Part shown: piece after piece, positions 42,366-54,200 of the stretch
Position numbering within the stretch: position 1 is the first letter of the stretch
Layout: each line of letters opens with the position of its first letter
NCBI GenBank assembly: GCA_963744795.1
Contig: CAVUVF010000018.1
Coordinates: 347,530-411,529 of the forward strand
Direction: 5' to 3'
DNA length: 64,000 nt
From: an uncultured Acidobacteriaceae bacterium
Lineage (GTDB): Bacteria > Acidobacteriota > Terriglobia > Bryobacterales > Bryobacteraceae
The notes under the pieces: generated by a model
What the model was told of the DNA's origin: nothing
The model's database searches: none
The model's input: the letters and a program-made list of their open reading frames with translations, nothing else
Made by a program: the position numbers and the translations under genes

Positions 42366-45300
42366 TCAGTTCCCGGACGGCCGCGAAACCGAAGCTCTCT
42401 CGCTCTGGTGTCTGATGTTATTACCCGTCGTCTGTAATGACCGCAAAATTGCCGGCCAGTCTTCAAGATGAGTCGCGAAGATATTTTCGATCGTCGAACG
42501 ATTCCACTCGGGAATATAGGTCTCAAGCGCACCCACCGGCGTAGCAATTTCGTCGGCTAGCGCAGCATAGTACAAGTTGTTTGACTCCCACGTTTCGGCA
42601 AGTATCCGGCTCGAGTACCCCATAAGAGCCGGGAACGTTCGGAGCATGAGAAGGCCGGGCGTGTAGGAATGAGTTAAGGTCGGCTTTGGCGTTCCGAAAA
42701 CGCGGCCGATGGCTTCGGGCGAAACAGAGCTTGCATTCTGTTCTTTCACCGCGGCGATCTGGCGGGACGCTAGATCCGGGGCGACATTTGCCAGAGCGGG
42801 ATCTTCTCCGAGCGCGTAAAGAATCGCGGTTGGCACCTCCGCAATCACTTTAGAAAAGCTTTCCGACTGCAGGTGATCTCCCAGCCATTCCACTCGCCCC
42901 GGAGTCGAGTACCGCTTGTACGCGTCCATCACGGGAGCCTGAACGGCAGGATCAAGGGCAGCAGCCGCAATGAGATTCTTGCCGCGTTGAACGTTGAGAG
43001 CAACCCATCGAAGTTGCTCCGGTTTGACGTTGCGCCACCGGTTGATGGTGACGTTCGCAATCATCTGCGGGACAAGATCAGCCCAGATCAAAGCTTGTTC
43101 GCGGGTGGGGCTTAGAAAGTTCTGTTCGGCTTCGGCAATCGCATACGGGAGAGAAACCAGCGATCCAATCAGCCTTCCGCCCGCGCTGACGGGCCATCCC
43201 CCGCTGGACACTTCGGTATTCCGCCATGCCGCGGGTGAACTCTCCGGGCCGACAAAGTCATGAGCCCGGACAAACTGCGGATTCGTCAGGAGCAACTGAG
43301 CGCCGGACGGCGCGTAATAGCTGTACAGCAGGCCAACAAGAGAGTCGCGAAGGAAAGGAACGAGAGCGTCCTTCATCTCCCGCTTCTCCGAACCTCTTAG
43401 CATCCGCTCCAGGTTGAATTTGCGTTCCTGTTCGATATGACGATTGCTCCAATACCCGAGCGAGAACGAATTTTTCTCGTCTTGAGACAGAGATCCGCGC
43501 GCCGCCTCCGATTCCTCCAAGCGTTCGAGCTGGTCGGTGACGCTCTTCATCGTCTTGGCATCGACGCTGCCCTTCTTCTCGGCTAGAGCGAAGAGGCTGT
43601 CGACCGGAATGAGCCGCTGGGAATCGAATACCCGCAGGAACGTATCGGTCGGTGATGCCGGGCCGTTTCCCCCTGAACTGCGGAGCGGGCCGATCAGGAC
43701 TTCCGTAATCTGCTTTTGCCGCGAGCCGCCAGCCGAAGCGCCTGATGCGGAAGCAAGCAACAGATCGATCCCTGATTTCCCGGCGTCGAATAAGTCGCCT
43801 TGTGCGCGTATGTGGGCGAACGGAGTGATCAGCTTCGTGAAAACCGTATCTCTCGATCCGAGCGCGATCGCGTCCCGATGGGAAAGGATCCGGAAAAGCT
43901 CTGTGTTGGCCTGGAAGATACCGAGAGTGTCTGCGCGAAGAAGTACGTCCCGTATGGAGTTAATGTCGCTCGCGGTATCAAGGTAACGATTGATAGCCGC
44001 CTCAGACAGGAACGGTGAGTCCGCAAACAACGGATACTGTGCTCCGTACGCCCGGAAGCTGCTCACCATCCGCGAAGCGAGCGCTGGAGACATCGGCGCA
44101 GTTCGGGCGCGATCCACGTCGCTCAGTGTGAGGAATATCCGGAGCGGCTCATTCTCCACTGTTTTCCGGCTTAATGCGAAAAGCGCCTCGAGTACATCGT
44201 CGTTCGACCGCCACGACGTTGCAGATCGAGTGAGCTTGCCATCGTACTTCCCATGCGGATGTTTGATGAAAAGGTTTTTCCAGACGTCGATGTTCCCGGG
44301 GATATGCGGTTGTCCATTCGGGTCGATCCGCAGCGAGGTTGTCAGCAGCATCAGTTCGGTGCTCGAGCGGAAAACCGGACGCGCAGGACCGGGCGTCGTG
44401 ATCTTTCCTCGTAGCGCATCGTAGAAGCGGCGCAGCCGCTCCGGCTGAGTCAGATACGCGGCCGTTGGTCCGCTGATGCGGGACAGAGCATCGAAATAGC
44501 TGGCAGCCCAACCGTCATCGGTGGCCAGCAGCTTCTCATAGAAGGCGCCCGCATTCGACGGAGAAGTTCCCACCAGACTGCCCCAGGTCCGAGCCGGGCC
44601 TGGCACGACGGCTGCTCCGTTCTGGATCTGAAACATACCTCCGTAAAAATCGAGAACACCGGCGTACAGTTTCAGCCTCGGTGCAGGCATCTGCTTCCGG
44701 AGCGCTTCGGCCGTGGCGCGATCTATATGAGACAAGCCGAGATAGAGGCGGCAAAGTGAAGGGTCAGACAGGAACGCATCGATAAACTCCGGCTGATTTG
44801 TGCGGCCCAGAGCACTCATCCAGTAATCGGAGCCGTACAGGACGGGAATCTGCGTCGGCGCGTACGGAAATTCGAATTTGCGGTTGGCCCGCAGGTCCTG
44901 TTCGAGTTGCGCGATGGGAAATCCCGAGTCAACCGTCAGGAACGCTTTGGTCGGGTTCACCGTCTCGAGCACAATGTCGCCTCCGCAGGATCCGCGCATC
45001 CGATATCCGAGCGCCTTCAGAAGGGCGCCGGTCTGCTCGCTGTCGCATTGAGGGATGACGATCGTACGGGTGTTGCCTGTCAGGCTCTGGATTTCTCTGG
45101 CCTGCGCCAGATAGCGCACAACCAGGCGAAGATATTCGGTCTGTTGAAGCGCCTCGTTGCCCGAGGCCTCATAACCATTCGTGACGATATTTCTGGCCAG
45201 GGCCGGAAGCAGTTCTTCCGGAGCGAGATCCGGCGAAAGGGCCGCCATGCGCGCGAACGACGAGAGCGGACCCGGAATAGAGATCATCTTTGCCTGTGCC

Positions 45301-45691
45301 GGCTTTCGCTGGCTTAGCCGGTGGGCGAAGGTTGGTGCCGCCGGCCTCGCGATAGCGGCTTAAGATCAGCGGTAAGATCGGCTTCTCTGCCGTCGATGTA
45401 GTCGTCGAGCACGACTTGGCGGAGAGCTTGCTGCCGCCGTGCCGGATCGCTCTCGCCTTCCGCCCATTTCAGGTACGCCTGACGGCTTTCCCGAATCCCA
45501 TGGCGCTCCAGAAACTCCGCGAGAGCCTCTGCGCCGCCTGTGTTGCCGGCCGTACCCGTGCTTTGCTCGAGCAACGCTCGAGCTCCGCTCAAGTCACCGC
45601 TCGCCTCTCGTTCCAGCGCCTGTGCTGCTCAGGCTTGCGGTCGTGTCGGCCAGAACTGGCGAAACAAAAAGGAACGTAATACAGGTCAGAA
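42366..45691 (-). CDS. Large (about 1100 aa) conserved hypothetical secreted protein. 42366-45287 is intact; the N-terminal 130 aa or so are reconstructed across 2 frame breaks.
   Basis: Intact 973-aa ORF with no family I recognise. Upstream fragments on the same strand are 45314-45592 and a signal-peptide-like start MVTVLTCITFLFVSPVLA (ATG 45689-45691). Confidence 0.5.
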
Positions 45692-45840
45692 CCGTCACCA
45701 TTAACGGCGTCCCAGACCTGCGATTTACCCGTAGGCTCACTGCAGTCACGCTTGCCCCCAACTAGGTTTCTTACTCTAGCATTGCTGCATCGAGAACGGG
45801 GAGGCAAGAACTCTCAGGACGCAGTTGCATCCGTAAGATT

Positions 45841-45859
45841 TACAAGCTGTTTACAAGTT
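45841..45859. promoter_or_regulatory. Direct repeat TTTACAAG-N3-TTTACAAG in a divergent intergenic region; candidate regulator-binding site
   Basis: TTTACAAG occurs at 45841-45848 and 45852-45859 (11-bp periodicity), between the start of the large minus-strand gene and the ATG at 45924. Confidence 0.25.
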
Positions 45860-45923
45860 GCTTGCGTTCGGCCTGTTTCTAGACGGCGGACTGCGGCACG
45901 GAATCTGGTGATAACGTATCGCC

Positions 45924-46402
45924 ATGGCACTCTCCGACGACCTCAGAAAGCAACTTCGGGCGCTGAGCGACGACGAGAAAAAAAGTGCTGGCGAGGAAAT
46001 TCTAAACGGTTTACCGCTTGCCGCTCACGACGATTTGCTTAAAGCAAGGCTCGCGGCGCTGTTCACCGAAAAGTCGCAAATCGACAAAACGAATCAAGAG
46101 TGTTCTGGGGAGCGTCGCTTCGGTCACGGACGAGAACCTGCGTATGGCATACAAAGAGTACAGCGATGAATTACGGCACTTCAGCACGGTACGCTCGGCA
46201 CTAACAACATTCCTGCTACCGTCGCGTTGGCCGCATTATCGGCGTACTTCAACAGAAGTCAAAGCCATCCGTTCTTAATTGCGGCAGCATTGGCATTTGG
46301 AGTAATGGCGGTTGCGGTTTGTATAAGTTCTCCCGGCGGACGTCGAAAGCCTATCTGCGCCGCGAACGTATCTGGACGTACTTTGCAACCGGTACCCAAT
46401 AA
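45924..46402 (+). CDS. Hypothetical protein with a soluble N-terminus and two predicted TM helices, at least 3 frame breaks
   Basis: MALSDDLRKQLRALSDDEKK..., then ENLRMAYKEYSDELRHFSTVRSALTTFLLP, then LAALSAYFNRSQSHPFLIAAALAFGVMAVAVC, then YKFSRRTSKAYLRRERIW. The stop is at 46400-46402 in the reconstructed frame. Confidence 0.35.
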
Positions 46403-46517
46403 CGGGCTTGGACGCCCCGGACTATCCGGGGAAACTTCAGGTCGTCGGTGCAATGCTATCGGACCTGACGAATCACTTTCTTTGGATCCTTTTGGTCCTG
46501 ATTGTCTTGGCTTTCTG

Positions 46518-47414
46518 CTATCGAGATTCGCTGGGACAGTTTCTGCCCGTGCTGCCCAGACTGCGCAATAAGAAATCGGAGACTCTCGGATTCCGTTCGC
46601 GGGCCGTTTTTAAGCCGTCGCCCGCTGGACCTCGCCAGCATTCGATTTTGCAGACGGCCTTCTGCTCCGGCATGAGAAAGACGCAGCCGAGAACCAGCAG
46701 TCCCAATGCGATCCACTGAGTCAGCGAGAACGGGCCCACCAGCGATTGTTCGTGTTCGCGGAAAAATTCGATGATAAAGCGCGCAATCGAGTAGAGAACC
46801 AGATAAAGCCCGATGATCTCTCCGTTTTTCGCGGAAGAAGACTGAAATCGCCGATACAGGAAAGCAAAAATCAGAAGGTCGGCCGCGGATTCATAGAGCT
46901 GGACTGGATGCAAAGTCTTATCCAGCGGAACAGGAGCGGCGAAATCGGAGCGGAACCGCACTCCCCATGGCAAACTGCATTCTGTTCCCCAGCAGCATCC
47001 GGCAGCAAAGCAGCCCAACCTCCCGACCGCTTGACCGAGTGCAATGCCCGGCGCGAAGCAATCCATCGTGGCAAACAGCGGGAGTGATTCTTTGCGGATA
47101 TACCAGGCGGCAAAAAGCAACGCCACAATCAGTCCGCCATGGAACACGCCCGCCGCCTGCAGAGTCTCAAGCGTGAAGATCTCGCCAGGATTTCGCAGGT
47201 AGGTCGGCAAATCAAACAGGAACATGAAGAGCTTCGCGCCAATGATACCGGCCATGGCGCAATAAACCGCGAGATTGACAACCTTTTCGGACGGCAGACC
47301 ACTTCGCCGCGCAAGCCGGAGCGTGACGGTAAGGGCGAGGAGAAAGCCAAGCGCTACCAGAACCCCATACGTCGGGATGAAGAACGATCCGAAGCTGATT
47401 AGTTTGGGATACAC
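46518..47414 (-). CDS. lgt: Prolipoprotein diacylglyceryl transferase; the C-terminal 40 aa or so look unnatural, so a frame error is possible
   Basis: FFIPTYGVLVALGF, GRLGCFAAGCCWG, HPVQLYES and ARFIIEFFRE. GTG start at 47414. Confidence 0.85.
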   Translation of the reverse strand: MYPKLISFGSFFIPTYGVLVALGFLLALTVTLRLARRSGLPSEKVVNLAVYCAMAGIIGAKLFMFLFDLPTYLRNPGEIFTLETLQAAGVFHGGLIVALLFAAWYIRKESLPLFATMDCFAPGIALGQAVGRLGCFAAGCCWGTECSLPWGVRFRSDFAAPVPLDKTLHPVQLYESAADLLIFAFLYRRFQSSSAKNGEIIGLYLVLYSIARFIIEFFREHEQSLVGPFSLTQWIALGLLVLGCVFLMPEQKAVCKIECWRGPAGDGLKTARERNPRVSDFLLRSLGSTGRNCPSESR

Positions 47415-47418
47415 AGCG

Positions 47419-47949
47419 CTATCTCCAGGCCTTTAGCGTCTCTTTCCGATTCGTCTGGCCGGGGCGGAACAGCGTGTCGAGCACGAGACAAGCGGCCCCG
47501 ACGGTAATGGCGCTGTCCGCGACATTAAACGCCGGGAAACTCCAGCCGCCGTGAAACACCTCAATGAAGTCGGTTACCGTTCCATGCATGATGCGGTCGT
47601 AAAGATTGCCGCCCGCGCCGCCCAGAATGGCCCCAAGAGCAAGAAAGTTGACCAGTTGCTTCGTCCGTCACACTGCGGATCCAGAGAGCAGCCACAACAA
47701 GACACATGACGAGAAAGGAGACACCTATTAGGATGAGTCCCCGGAACGCCGGGTTGCCATCCGCCAGAACTCCGAATGCAGCGCCCGGATTCTCAACGTG
47801 AACAATGCGCAAGAAATCCGGAATCACCGGAATATTGTCGAACGGGCTTAAGCCGTGCTGGATGTACAACTTGGTCAGGCGGTCGAGCACGACTACCGCA
47901 GCGCTCAAAGCCAGCGCCCAAACCCGCTTCGTGGTCAATGGATTTGCCA
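47419..47949 (-). CDS. lspA: Lipoprotein signal peptidase II, frame break near 47640
   Basis: [30 protein letters not shown] and [14 protein letters not shown]. The GTG at 47947-47949 lies 2 nt after the ileS stop. Confidence 0.8.
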
Positions 47950-47951
47950 CG

Positions 47952-50772
47952 ATTAGCTGAGGAAGTCCGGCAGTACCGCTGCACACCGGGCGCAAACAGT
48001 CGGGAAATCGGAGTTGCTTCCGACATCCGTCGTGTAGCGCCAGCATCGCTCGCACCGGTCGCCTCGGGCGCGTTCCACTTTCACCGTCAGTTCCTGGCGT
48101 TTGACCGAGCGCAAGAGTCACGTCGGAGGTGATGAACCACATCGGCAGTTCGTCCCTGAAACGTTGCAGCAGCAGAAATTGTTCTTCGCCGGCTTCGAGA
48201 TGAACGGTCGCTTCGAGCGAAGATCCGATCACCTTGTCTTCGCGCGCGCTGTCGAGTGCTTTCAAGACGCGTTCGCGAATCGGGAAGCAGCCGCTCCCAC
48301 TCGGCTGCGAGTTCGCGCTGCTTTGGAGTGAACCCAGCCGTCAGATCTTCCGGATTCGGGAAGTAGTCAATGTGAACGCTTGAAGCCGCCGTGCGGTCGA
48401 ACTTCATATAGCCCCAAACCTCCTCGCATGTGAACGACAGGATCGGGGCGAGCAGTCGAACAAGCGCTGCATTCATCCGGTACAGCGCTGTTTGAGCACT
48501 CCGGCGTAGCGGCGAATTCGGTCCCGCCGTGTAGAGGCGGTCTTTCGAAACGTCTACGAACAGCGAACTGATGTCAGTGATCGCGAAATCGTACACGGCC
48601 CGATAGACCTTGTGGAATGCGTACTCCTGATAGTGAGCGAGGCAGCTCTTCACCAGCTCTTCCGTCCGCGCCAGCATCCAGACGTCAAGCGGGGTCAGCT
48701 CTCCCGCGGCAACCTGATCGGTGGCAGGATTGAAGTCCGAAAGATTTCCCAGCATGTACCGGAAGGTGTTCCGGAGTTTCCGGTAGGCTTCCGAAAGCCG
48801 CGTGAGGATGACGTCGGAAAGCCGAACGTCTTCGGTGAAATCAACGGAGGCAACCCAAAGCCGGAGGAGATCGGCACCGTACTGCTTTACGATTTTCTCG
48901 GGTTCGATCGTGTTGCCGAGCGACTTGGACATGGCCCGGCCTTCGGCATCGAGCGTCCAGCCGTGTGTCGCGCATTCGCGATAAGGCGCTCCGCCGCGCA
49001 GGCCAACGCCGATCAGCAGTGAACTATGGAACCAGCCGCGATATTGGTCGCCGCCTTCGATGTACATGTCCGACGGCCAAGGCAGGCCGTTTTCGGGCGG
49101 TCAGAACCGCAAGATGGCTGGATCCCGAATCAAACCAAACGTCAAGAATGTCGTTTTCGCGCCGGAAATTCGTGCCGCCGCACTTTTGCACGCGCAGCCT
49201 TCACCCATCAATTCGCTGATCGTTTCCGAATACCAAACGTCCGCGGTCTTCTCGCGGAACTTTGCGACCACCCTTTCCAGAACGCTCTTGTCCGTGAAGG
49301 GCTCGCCGCAGCCTTCGCAGTAGAAAACAATGATCGGAACGCCCCAAACGCGTTGCCGCGAGATGCACCAGTCGGGCCGAACCGCAATCATGTTCGAGAT
49401 GCGTTCCTCGCCCCATTCGGGATGCCACTTTACGGTTTTGATCGCTTCGAGCGCACGGGTTCGTAGCGTCTCCCGATCCATGCCGATGAACCACTGCTCC
49501 GTGGCTCGGAAGATGACAGGATTATGGCAGCGCCAGCAGTGTGGATAGCTATGTTCTATCCGGACTTGGGACGCAAGCGCTCCGTGCTCCTCGAGCAGCC
49601 GGATCGACGATCGGGTTGATCTCCCAAACCGTTTTGCCGATCAGTTCTTCGGGCAACACGCCAGAAGCCCCTTCGGCGCGGAAGATGCGACCCGAGGCAT
49701 CGACCGGACAATAGACGGGAAGCCCATATCGCTGTCCGATAACGAAGTCTTCCTGACCATGTCCGGGCGCAGTGTGTACGGCTCCGGTGCCCTGTTCGAG
49801 CGTGACGTGGTCGCCCAGAAGGCCAAGCGAATCTCTGTCGAGGAACGGATGCCGGAAAACGGCGCCTTCGAGCCTTGTGCCAGGAAAACGAGCGACGACC
49901 GTCTTATCCCAGCCGAGCGCTTCTGATACCTGGTCGAGCAAGCCTTCGGCGACAATCGTCAGGCCTTGCGGCGTGTCTACAACCACGTATTCGAACTTCG
50001 GATTGAAACTGATCGCAAGGTTTGCCGGGATGGTCCAGGGCGTGGTTGTCCAGATCAGGCAGTAAACTTCGCGCCCGGCCAGGCTCGGATCCAATGCTGC
50101 CGGATCTGAAGTAAGCCGGAAACGGACATAGATGGACGGACTGGTGTGATTCTCGTATTCGACTTCCGCTTCGGCAAGAGCTGTGCGGTCTTTGATGCAC
50201 CAGTGCACCGGCTTCAGACCCTTGTACACATATCCGCTATGCAGAAAGTCCACGAACGCCTGAGCGATGACTGCCTCATACTCGGCGCTCATCGTCAGGT
50301 ACGGATTGTCCCAGCGGCCGAGCACTCCCAGCCGTTTGAACTCCCGCCGGTGGATGTTGACGAAATTGGATGCGTAGGTCCGGCACTCGGCGCGGATCTG
50401 TGCAGCGCTCATCGACGCTTTGCGTTTTCCGAGTTCCTGATCGACTTTGAATTCGATGGGCAACCCATGGCAATCCCAGCCCGGCACATAAGGAGCATCG
50501 AAGCCAGCCATGCTCTTCGACTTCACGATGAAGTCTTTCAGGATCTTGTTGAACGCTGTGCCGAGGTGGATATTTCCGTTTGCGTAGGGAGGTCCATCGT
50601 GCAGAACATACTGCTTTTTTCCCTGTCGGGCTTCCCGAATGCGCTGATAAAGGCCAGTGTTCTCCCACTGCTCGAGCAGCTTGGGTTCGAGCACGGGCAA
50701 GTTTGCCTTCATCGGAAATGAAGTTTTCGGTAGGTTGACCGTCTTCTTCAGGTCAACGGAAGTTGCATCCAT
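47952..50772 (-). CDS. ileS: Isoleucine--tRNA ligase, at least 4 frame breaks (about 49520, 49090, 48270 and 48050)
   Basis: HIGH region [28 protein letters not shown] region [10 protein letters not shown] and a C-terminal Zn-finger CARCAAV. Pieces are 49549-50772, 49101-49494, 48087-49067 and 47561-48265. Confidence 0.9.
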
Positions 50773-50827
50773 GGAGTACTTTAATGGTAACGAACGAAAG
50801 CAGCCCGGAACTGATCCGGAATGTCGT

Positions 50828-51137
50828 ATGTCAACGATCCATCAAAATCGTGACCGGCCTATCATCACTGCGGGATCCCGAGATCTTGAGCGGCACGCCG
50901 TGTTTCTATGGCACCCGCGTTCCCTTCAAGAATCTCCTGGATTACCTGGAAACAGGCGAAATCTGGACGCGTTTCTGGACGATTTCCCCTGGCCGAAGCG
51001 GAAGGTTTCGACGTCCTGATCACCTAGACAAGAATGTTGCCTATCAAGAGAATCTTAAAGGTCTACGCATCGCGATACTCGCCATCGTTGCGGAGTCTAA
51101 CAAGCTCGACCCCTACGTCCACAGGTTCCCACGCTGA
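50828..51137 (+). pseudogene. Degraded toxin-antitoxin-like remnant: a DUF433 segment run together with the C-terminal half of a DUF5615/PIN-like protein
   Basis: The DUF433 signature IITADPEILSGTPCFYGTRVPFKNLLDYLETGE...LDAFLDDFP is split over two frames. It is followed by AEAEGFDVLIT/LDKNVAYQENLKGLRIAILAI. No complete partner ORF is present. Confidence 0.45.
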
Positions 51138-51230
51138 TGGAGGCTCTGAGCAACATCACACTGGGCGCAAGCTCTGCAATTGACCTAATCCCAGCTGCCT
51201 TCTTGCACGATTCCAGCGAATCGCGAAACG

Positions 51231-54200
51231 CTATCCCAGCGCCACCAACTCACTGCTTCGTGCCCCAATGTGACGCAGGCACCGGTTAATCCAGAGTTTC
51301 GTCAGCTTTTCCTGAGCGCCGTTTTGGGAAAGCCGTGACCGCAAGCTGCCGAACTCCACGTGATCAAGCGGTTGATCCTGGTTGAAGCATGAGAACACAA
51401 CCGTCTCTTTGCCCGTTACCGGATCTTTATGCATCTGGAGGCACTGAGCACAGATTTCCTTCATCATGCACTGCATCGGCGAGTTGATGCTTCCGATGGC
51501 ATGGTGATCGGGCTTGAGATAGGGCCGCAATACCTAGTGGCGCGCCTGCTGAACGGCCTTCATCATCCCGTCGGAGCCGATGACGATCAGCCGATCTACC
51601 GAATTCAGCGGGATTTCCGGTTCACCGAGCTCACCTCGGCCGTAAGCGGCCATCGCTTCCACGATGTTGCCCACGAACGCGCTGTCTTGCACTCGATCCG
51701 GAGTGAATCCCGGTGCTTCGTCGCAGACCCAGATCACGACATCGGCCGCTTTTTCGATCTCTTCCACCTTATAGCGATCGATGATCTTCTTGTAACCGGC
51801 AAAGTAAACTACGCGCGATCCAGCAGCACGCAGTTTCTGTCCGATCGAGAAGAGAACCGCATTGCCCAAACCGCCGCCGGCCAGGAGTACCGTTTCCTGT
51901 TCCGGTGTTTCGGTCGGCGTACCTGTCGGGCCCATGAGCACGACGGGTTCACCGGGCTTCAACATGGCGCAAAGATCTGAGGAACCACCCATCTCAAGAA
52001 CGATGGTCGACAGCAGACCCTTCTCCAAATCCACAGAGGCGCCCGTGAGTGCCAGTCCCTCCATGGCGAGAACAGTTGAGTCAGTGCGTGCCGCCAACGC
52101 TTCGTAGTTCTGCAAGCCGGTAGAATTGCCCCGGCTTGAAGGCCCTTGCGGCGATGGGTGCGCGAACGATGATCTCGACAATGTTGGGGGTGAGGCGCAC
52201 TACATCCTCAACACGGGGTCGGAGTTCGTCGTTCAACCGCGCGAGCAACTCTTGCGGCGACGAGGCTCTGTCTTCGGCAGATTCGAAAGTACGCGTGAAA
52301 CAACGGGGTATCCTCGTTTTGCGCTCCCCATTGCCTTCACCACGTTGCCCGAAAACGAAGGATGCAGATCGCCAAAGAAACTGACGGCCCGGCCATCCGT
52401 CTGCCGTGAGACAAGAACGTAGGTCGACGTGGGTTTCGAAATGCGCTCCGGCCGGACGGGGTTCCCTTCCTCATCGATGCGCCTGGAAATAACGTCCGTC
52501 AAGCGTGAAGTTCGCCTCGTCCTCACGCGCCAGAACCGTATTCGGCTGAGTGCCGGCAGCAACCAGAATGCTTCGGGCCGGAAGTGTGACAAATTCTCCC
52601 GTCGGCAACAACTGACCGGTGGCTTCGTCAAGGCGTTGCTTCTCTAAACGGATGGCTCGGGCACTGCCGGCTTCGTCGATTTCGACTTCTTGCGGCGAGA
52701 GACATTCGGCAAATTTCACGCCCTCTTCAAAAGCCTTCGCGACTTCCTCATGGTTCAGCGTGTAGCTCGGTGCGTCGATCAGCCGCCGCCGGTACGCAAT
52801 GGTTGAACCACCCCAGGAATCCAGAAGCTTGTTGATCTCCGGAGCGCGACCTTCGCGTGCAGCCGCCGCCCGTTCAGCCCGGATCTGCCGGCGCATGGTC
52901 GAGAAACTCCGTCGCGATCTCGGCGTCTTCTGCATTCCACTTCGACAGAACGGCGCGCTCGCCAATTTCGGCAACCAGTAGTTCGTAGCGCTTCAGGAAC
53001 TTCTCGACCTGCACGACGTAGTAGGCGAGAGACTCGGTCGCGGTGTCGACCGCGGTTAAACCACCGCCTATAACCACGATCGGCATACGGATCTGCAGGT
53101 TTGCCAGGGATTCGAATTTCGCCGCGCCGGTTAGTTGCAACGCCATCAGGAAGTCCGAAGCTTGTCGAACGCCTCGTACCAGGCCGTTCTTCATTGGAAT
53201 GACGGTCGGACGCCCGGCTCCTGCGCAAAGCGCAATGTGGTCGAATCCCATTTCGAACGCACTTTCGACCGTCAGCGTTCCGCCGAAGCGAACTCCGCCG
53301 AACATCGCAAACTCGCCACGCCGTTCAAGCAGCAGCCGAATAATCTTGAGGAAGTTCTTGTTCCAGCGGACGGTGATGCCGTATTCTGCAACTCCGCCGA
53401 AACCAGCCATGACTCGCTCGTCGAGCCGCTCGTAAATCTCAGTTACGTCGCGGATCGGCTTGAACGGAACGCGCTGCCCATAGGCGTCCACACCCGAGAT
53501 GTCGGAAGGCAGCGGCTCCAGCTTCAGGCCGTCGACTGCGGCCACGGTATGGCCGTCGTTCATCAAGTGGTGAGAAAGGGTGAACCCGGCTGGTCCCAGG
53601 CCAACGACCAGAACCTTGTGTCCGGTGGCGGTGCGCGGGAACGGACGGGAGATATTCAGCGGATTCCAACGAGTCAGCAGGCTGTAGATCTCGAATCCCC
53701 AAGTCAGCTCAAGAACGTCTTTCAACGATCGCGTCTCAACCTGCGGGAATGTCTACGGGATCCTGCTTCTGGAAAATGCACGACTTCATGCAGTCGTTGC
53801 AGATTCGGTGGCCTGTCGCGGCGCACATCGGATTGTCGATCGTGACGATCGCCAAAGCGCCAATGGGGTTGCCCGCGCCTTTCGCCACGTTCATCTCCGA
53901 AATCTTTTCGTCAAGAGGGCATCCGGCAAGCGGAACCCCGAACACGCTCGATTTGAATGCGCCGTTCTTTTCCTTTCAGACCGGTCGAGCAGCTGTCCTT
54001 GCCCTGGTTGTGGCATTTGATGCAGTAGTTTGCCTGATCGAGCGCGCCGGTGAGATCCGTCCCGGGATCGGTAAGCTGAAAACCTTCGCGAACACGCCAG
54101 TGCTTGCTGTCGAACTGAAGCCGAACGAGTCCGTCTGTCGGCGACCGCTTCTGCCGGCACCAGGTGGTGCGGATCAAGCTTGTGAGGAACTTTGAACAGG

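Noticed and set aside
42355-42547. N-terminal extension of the VWA ORF (track start 42547), and likewise the ttcA ORF start at 54763
   Set aside because: The extensions overlap neighbouring genes and lack signal or family features. The internal starts, GTG 42354 (which gives a signal peptide) and ATG 54961 (which gives the PP-loop N-terminus), fit better.
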